A DNA stretch of 52,015 nucleotides from Candidatus Kuenenia stuttgartensis (GTDB lineage: Bacteria > Planctomycetota > Planctomycetia > Pirellulales > UBA1268): positions 1 to 52,015 of the forward strand of contig CAMDDA010000003.1 in the NCBI GenBank assembly GCA_945890755.1, in the 5' to 3' direction. The notes below the pieces were generated by a model. It was not told the DNA's origin. It ran no database searches and saw nothing but the letters and a program-made list of their open reading frames with translations. A program made the position numbers and the translations under genes. This document shows, piece by piece, positions 47,750-52,015 of the stretch (position 1 is its first letter; each line of letters begins with the position of its first letter).

Positions 47750-49042
47750 TCATGCCCGCGACGCCATCAGATGTTCGATCTCGTCCGGATCGATCGGCAC
47801 CTGGGAGCAGAGATCGACCGGGCCGGACGGGGTGATGAGGATGTCGTTTTCGAGGCGGACGGCGAGGCCTTCGTCGGGAATATAGATGCCGGGCTCGACC
47901 GTGATCACCCAGCCGGGCTCGAGCGGGCCGTCGAAGGGGGCGATGTCGTGCACGCCGAGGCCGAGCGAGTGGCCGAGGCCGTGCATGAAATACTTCCGGC
48001 AGGCCGGCTCTTCGGGCGTGTCTTTCGCCGCGTCGTCGGCCGTGATCAGGCCGAGCCGCACGAGCTCCTCCGCCATCTCGACCTGGGCGGCCCGCTTCCA
48101 GTCGCGGAGCATCGTGCCCACCGTCGCCCGGGCCACCGACGACTTGAAGACCCGCAGGACGGCGTCGTAGACGGCCCGCTGTCGCGGCGTGAACCGGCCG
48201 CCCACGGGGTAGGTGCGGGTGAGGTCGGCGCAGTAGTTGGCATACGACGCCCCGACGTCGACGAGCACAAGCTCACCGGCCCGGCACTCCGCCATATTGT
48301 CGAGATAGTGGAGCACGCAGGCGTTCTTTCCGCTGCCGATGATCGGCTCGTACGCCATCCGCGCCCGCCGACGGGTGAACTCGGAGGCCAGCTCGGCCTC
48401 GAGTTCATACTCGGTCACGCCCGGCTTCAATGCGGAGGCGAGCCGCCGCAGGCCCGCGTCGGTGATGTCGATTGCCTGCCGAATCAGGTCGATCTCGGCC
48501 TCGTCCTTCACCGCCCGCAGCCGGCGCAGGAGCGGCGCGAGCCGCTCGAAGCGGTGCAGCGGATACCGTGCCATCAGCTCGCGGGCGAGCCGGAGATCGC
48601 GGGGCTCGACTTCGATCGCAGCCCGCTCGTGCTCGTTGGAATTGACGAACACCCGCTCGCTCTGACACAGGAGCGTGTGCAGCACGGCCGGAAGGTCGGA
48701 AAGCCAGCGGACCCGCTCCACGCCCGAGATCCGCGTCGCCTTCTCCTTCGTGAGCTTGTCGCCTTCCCAGGTCGCGAGGTGTTCGTTGGGCTGTCGCACG
48801 AAGAGGATCTCGCGCAAGGCCGGATCGATGGCCTGCGGGGCGAGCACGAGCACGCTCTCCTCCTGCTCGATTCCCGAGAGCCAGAAGAGGTCGCTGGCGG
48901 GATGCAGCCGCATCGTGCCGTCGCCCGTGGTGGGCAGCACGTCGGCCGCGTGGACGATCGCCACGCTCTGCGGGGGCAGGAGCGCCGCGAGCCGCTGGCG
49001 GTGGGCGATAAAGAGGCCGGAGTCGATCGGGGCGTGACGCAT
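47750..49042 (-). CDS. pepP: Xaa-Pro aminopeptidase (M24B)
   Basis: AMP_N-like N-terminus, LR-x-VK, LHY, DVGA, YCADLTRT, HGLGH-x-LGL-x-VHD, TVEPGIY, RLENDI. Confidence 0.92.
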   Translation of the reverse strand: MRHAPIDSGLFIAHRQRLAALLPPQSVAIVHAADVLPTTGDGTMRLHPASDLFWLSGIEQEESVLVLAPQAIDPALREILFVRQPNEHLATWEGDKLTKEKATRISGVERVRWLSDLPAVLHTLLCQSERVFVNSNEHERAAIEVEPRDLRLARELMARYPLHRFERLAPLLRRLRAVKDEAEIDLIRQAIDITDAGLRRLASALKPGVTEYELEAELASEFTRRRARMAYEPIIGSGKNACVLHYLDNMAECRAGELVLVDVGASYANYCADLTRTYPVGGRFTPRQRAVYDAVLRVFKSSVARATVGTMLRDWKRAAQVEMAEELVRLGLITADDAAKDTPEEPACRKYFMHGLGHSLGLGVHDIAPFDGPLEPGWVITVEPGIYIPDEGLAVRLENDILITPSGPVDLCSQVPIDPDEIEHLMASRA

Positions 49043-49073
49043 GGGAACGATTCTAGCGTGCCGCAGGCTGCGC

Positions 49074-49124
49074 GGAGGCTCGTTGCTCCGCAACGGGCAG
49101 CCCGTCACGGAGTGACGGGCCTAC
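49074..49124. repeat. REP doublet in inverted orientation (REPIN/BIME-like)
   Basis: GGAG-GCTCGTTGC-TCC-GCAACGGGC on plus, followed by GTAG-GCCCGTCAC-TCC-GTGACGGGC on minus. Confidence 0.7.
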
Positions 49125-49186
49125 GGAGCGCGTAAGATGAGCGGGCACATGAATACACCACGGCGGCGCAGCACGGGAATGACCGC

Positions 49187-50752
49187 ATGCAAGAGATCCT
49201 GATCGGCGGCGTGTGGCGACCCGCGGCGGCGAGCGAGACGTTTCGGGCCGTCGATCCGACGACCGGGCAGGAGCGCGACGCGTTCTGGCCGGTGAGCGGC
49301 TGGGGAGACATCGATGCGGCGCTCGAGGCGGCGACGGCCGCCGCGACCGAACTCGGGCGGCTGCCCGATGCGGCCCGAGGGGCGTTCCTCGACGCCTATG
49401 CCGCGCGACTAGAGGCCGACCGCGACCCACTCGTGGCGATCGCCCATGCCGAGACCGGGCTCGCCGTGACGCCACGGCTCCGCGACGTCGAGTTTTCACG
49501 GATGCTCGATCAGCTGCGGCAGGCGGCCGCGGCGGCCTGCGAGGGCACCTGGCGGATGCCCATGCTCGACACGGCCCGCAACATCCGCTCGGCGGCCTTC
49601 GGGCTCGGGCCCGTCGTCGTGTTTCCGCCGGCCAACTTCCCGTTCGCCTACGGCGGCGTCACCGGCGGCGACTTCGCGGCCGCGATCGCCGGTGGCAATC
49701 CCGTGATCGCCAAGGCCCATCCCGGCTGCCCGGGCGTGTCGCTGCGGGCCGCCCGCGCTGCGGTGGCAGCCGTGCATGACACAGGGCTGCCACCCGCGAC
49801 GGTGCAACTGCTCCACGGCATGTCGCCCGCCGACGGCCTGCGGCTCGTGGCCTACCCGCGGGTCGGCGCCACGGCATTCACCGGCGGCGAACAGGCGGGC
49901 CGGGCGCTCTTCGCCGCGGCCAGCGCCGCCGGCCGGGTGATCTGGGTCGAGATGGGGAGCATCAATCCCGTCGTGATCCTGCCCGGGGCCCTCGCGGAAC
50001 GCGGCGTTGAAATCGCCGCCGAACTCGTCGCGAGCGTGACCGGCTCGGCAGGCCAGTTCTGCACCAAACCCGGGCTCGTGTTCTTCGTCGGCGACGAGTC
50101 GGGGCGGGCATTTGCCAAGCACGTGGCCGATCGCATGGCCGCGATCGGACCGCAGGTGCTGCTTTCACCGGGGGGCCGCACGCGGCTGGAGCAATCGCTT
50201 GCGGCGCTCGTCGCCGCCGGAGCCCGCACGATCGTGGCCGGTGGTGCTGAACATGCCTCCGCGTGCAGCCGTGCGCCGACGCTGCTCGAGATCGATGCCG
50301 GGAGTTTGTGCCCGCGGCCGGACGCCTTTCTCGTGGAGGCCTTCGGCAACGCGACGCTGCTCGTGCGGTGCGGCGACGAGGCGCAACTCGTAGCCGCAGC
50401 GGCCACTGCCCGCGGCTCGCTCGGTGCGAGTCTCTACGCCGCCCGTGACGGCCGCGACGATGCCCTCTGGCAGCCAGTCGCCGACGTGCTCGCGGCCCGT
50501 GCCGGCCGCGTCGTCGAGAACCGGATGCCCACGGGTCTGGCGGTCACTCCACCGATGCAGCACGGCGGCCCCTGGCCGTCCGCCGCGCCGCCATTCTTCT
50601 CGGCGGTCGGCCTGCCGTTCTCGATCCTGCGGTTCGCCCGCCGCATCTGCTTCGACGACTGGACGGAGTCGCGGCTGCCGGAGTGCCTGCGCGACGTCCC
50701 GCCGTCGGGCCGGCCGTGGCGATACATCGACCACGAGTGGGTCAGGCGGTGA
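49187..50752 (+). CDS. aldehyde dehydrogenase, alpha-ketoglutaric semialdehyde dehydrogenase-like
   Basis: NFPFA, GGDFA-x-A, KAHP, FTG, EMGSINP, GQFCTKPG, E-x-FG, HGGPWP. Confidence 0.88.
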   Translation: MQEILIGGVWRPAAASETFRAVDPTTGQERDAFWPVSGWGDIDAALEAATAAATELGRLPDAARGAFLDAYAARLEADRDPLVAIAHAETGLAVTPRLRDVEFSRMLDQLRQAAAAACEGTWRMPMLDTARNIRSAAFGLGPVVVFPPANFPFAYGGVTGGDFAAAIAGGNPVIAKAHPGCPGVSLRAARAAVAAVHDTGLPPATVQLLHGMSPADGLRLVAYPRVGATAFTGGEQAGRALFAAASAAGRVIWVEMGSINPVVILPGALAERGVEIAAELVASVTGSAGQFCTKPGLVFFVGDESGRAFAKHVADRMAAIGPQVLLSPGGRTRLEQSLAALVAAGARTIVAGGAEHASACSRAPTLLEIDAGSLCPRPDAFLVEAFGNATLLVRCGDEAQLVAAAATARGSLGASLYAARDGRDDALWQPVADVLAARAGRVVENRMPTGLAVTPPMQHGGPWPSAAPPFFSAVGLPFSILRFARRICFDDWTESRLPECLRDVPPSGRPWRYIDHEWVRR

Positions 50753-51890
50753 ACGCCCGCGTGAGCCTGCGGAGCGCCTCCACGAGCCGGTCGGTCGGGC
50801 AGGCGTTGTTGAGCCGAATGAACCCCGGCGTGCCGAACTCCCGGCCGTCGGACGGGCCGAGGCCTGCTGCCTCACAGGCCACCTGCGGATCGGCGACGCC
50901 CGTCTGCCGGCAGTCGATCCAGGAGAGATACGTGGCCTGAGCCGGCACGCAGCTGAGCCCGGGGATGCCCGCGACCGTGGCCGACACGAGGTCGCGATGT
51001 CGCCGCAACACGTCGATGAGCTGACGCCGCCACGCATCGCCATGCCGCCATGCCGCCTCGGCCGCGGCGTAGCCGAGCGGATTCACCATCGGCACGAGGC
51101 CTCCTCCTGCCGGACGCCAGCGGGTTTTCAGCGCCGGCGTGGGGAGGATCGCGGCCGCGCAGGCGAGGCCGGCAAGGTTCCATGTTTTCGACGGCGTCGT
51201 GAGCGTGATGGCCTTCCGGGCGGCAGGATGATCGAGGCTCGCGAACGGCACATGGCCGAGATGGTCGTCGAGCACGAGATCCGACCAGATCTCGTCGCTC
51301 ACCACCGTGATGCCGTGCCGCTCGGCGACGTCGGCGATCCGCAGGAGATCGGCCCGCGAGAAGACCGTACCGGTCGGATTGTGCGGATGGCAGAGCCAGA
51401 GCTGCTTGGCCTGCGCCGCGGCCCGCTCCAACGCACCCCAATCGATCGTCCAGCGGTCGGGATCCTGCACGAGCGGCACCGGCAGGCAGCGACGGCCGGC
51501 GCGGGCCGGCAGCGTGAGGAACGGCGGGTAGACCGGCGTGAACGTGATGATGCCGTCATCGGGTGCGGCGAGGAGCCGGGCGGCCAGCGCGAGCCCCGTG
51601 ACGACTCCCGGCGTGCCGACCACGCATTCCGGGTCGATCTGCCAGCCGTGGAGCCGTTGGAGATGCTCGGCGAGCGCCGACGCAAACCCCGGTGTGTCGT
51701 GGGTGTAGCCGAAGACGCCGTGCTCGACCCGGGCCCGGAGCGCGTCGAGCACGACCGGGGGTGCGGCAAAGTCCATGTCGGCCACCCAGAGCGGCAGCAC
51801 GTCGCGATCCCGCCACCGGTCCCACTTCTCGGAGCCGGTGCCGCGGCGGTCGGGGCAGGCGGCGAATGGATCGGGTGTGGAGGCGGGCAT
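50742..51890 (-). CDS. patB: MalY/PatB family PLP-dependent cystathionine beta-lyase
   Basis: S-x-KW, LWVADMDF, GVFGY, PVYPPF, CHPHNPTG, SDEIW-x-DL, PSKTWNLAGL, TYL-x-WID; ATG 51890. Confidence 0.9.
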   Translation of the reverse strand: MPASTPDPFAACPDRRGTGSEKWDRWRDRDVLPLWVADMDFAAPPVVLDALRARVEHGVFGYTHDTPGFASALAEHLQRLHGWQIDPECVVGTPGVVTGLALAARLLAAPDDGIITFTPVYPPFLTLPARAGRRCLPVPLVQDPDRWTIDWGALERAAAQAKQLWLCHPHNPTGTVFSRADLLRIADVAERHGITVVSDEIWSDLVLDDHLGHVPFASLDHPAARKAITLTTPSKTWNLAGLACAAAILPTPALKTRWRPAGGGLVPMVNPLGYAAAEAAWRHGDAWRRQLIDVLRRHRDLVSATVAGIPGLSCVPAQATYLSWIDCRQTGVADPQVACEAAGLGPSDGREFGTPGFIRLNNACPTDRLVEALRRLTRAFTA

Positions 51891-51978
51891 GGGTGTGTCG
51901 CGAGAACGAAGTCTGAGGGTGTCCAGCGTAAAGGGTCGCGAACCCCCCCGCCACTCGAACAAACCCGCGACGCCTCCC

Positions 51979-52003
51979 GGAGGCCCGTTGCTCCGCAACG
52001 GGC
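51979..52003 (+). repeat. REP copy
   Basis: GGAG-GCCCGTTGC-TCC-GCAACGGGC, one mismatch from the 49074-49098 copy. Confidence 0.65.
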
Positions 52004-52015
52004 TATGTGGAAAGC

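Noticed and set aside
47181-49124. CRISPR array or tRNA interpretation of the hairpin repeats
   Set aside because: No regularly spaced repeat-spacer units, no cas genes and no cloverleaf.

Overview
High-GC bacterial window, most likely Planctomycetota (three prepilin-like genes, two of DUF1559 type with H-X9-DG, plus a Uma2 gene). About 1-32.6 kb is a very dense surface-glycosylation island. It holds five TMTC-like (GT105-like) GT-C paralogs, one cut by the window edge and missing from the ORF track. It also holds a tandem pair of PMT/ArnT-like GT-C+TPR proteins, five further unclassified polytopic GT-C-like proteins, three polyprenyl-phosphate-sugar-synthase-type GT2s, a SAM methyltransferase, a membrane-fused spermidine-synthase-like protein and a truncated NDP-sugar epimerase. 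These are interleaved with type IV prepilin-like genes, kinesin-light-chain-like TPR proteins and an atypical P1B-ATPase. Further right lie an operon with a membrane-anchored GspE/PilB ATPase, a CvpA-like protein and a 23-aa repeat protein, then a Glf-like flavoprotein, housekeeping genes (FKBP, pepP, KGSA dehydrogenase, patB) and a GTAG/GGAG-type REP family. Main hypothesis (inference): a lipid-linked, TMTC/PMT-type protein glycosylation system acting on pilin-like or other secreted proteins. All calls come from motif recognition only; no searches were run, and several starts were re-picked by eye.
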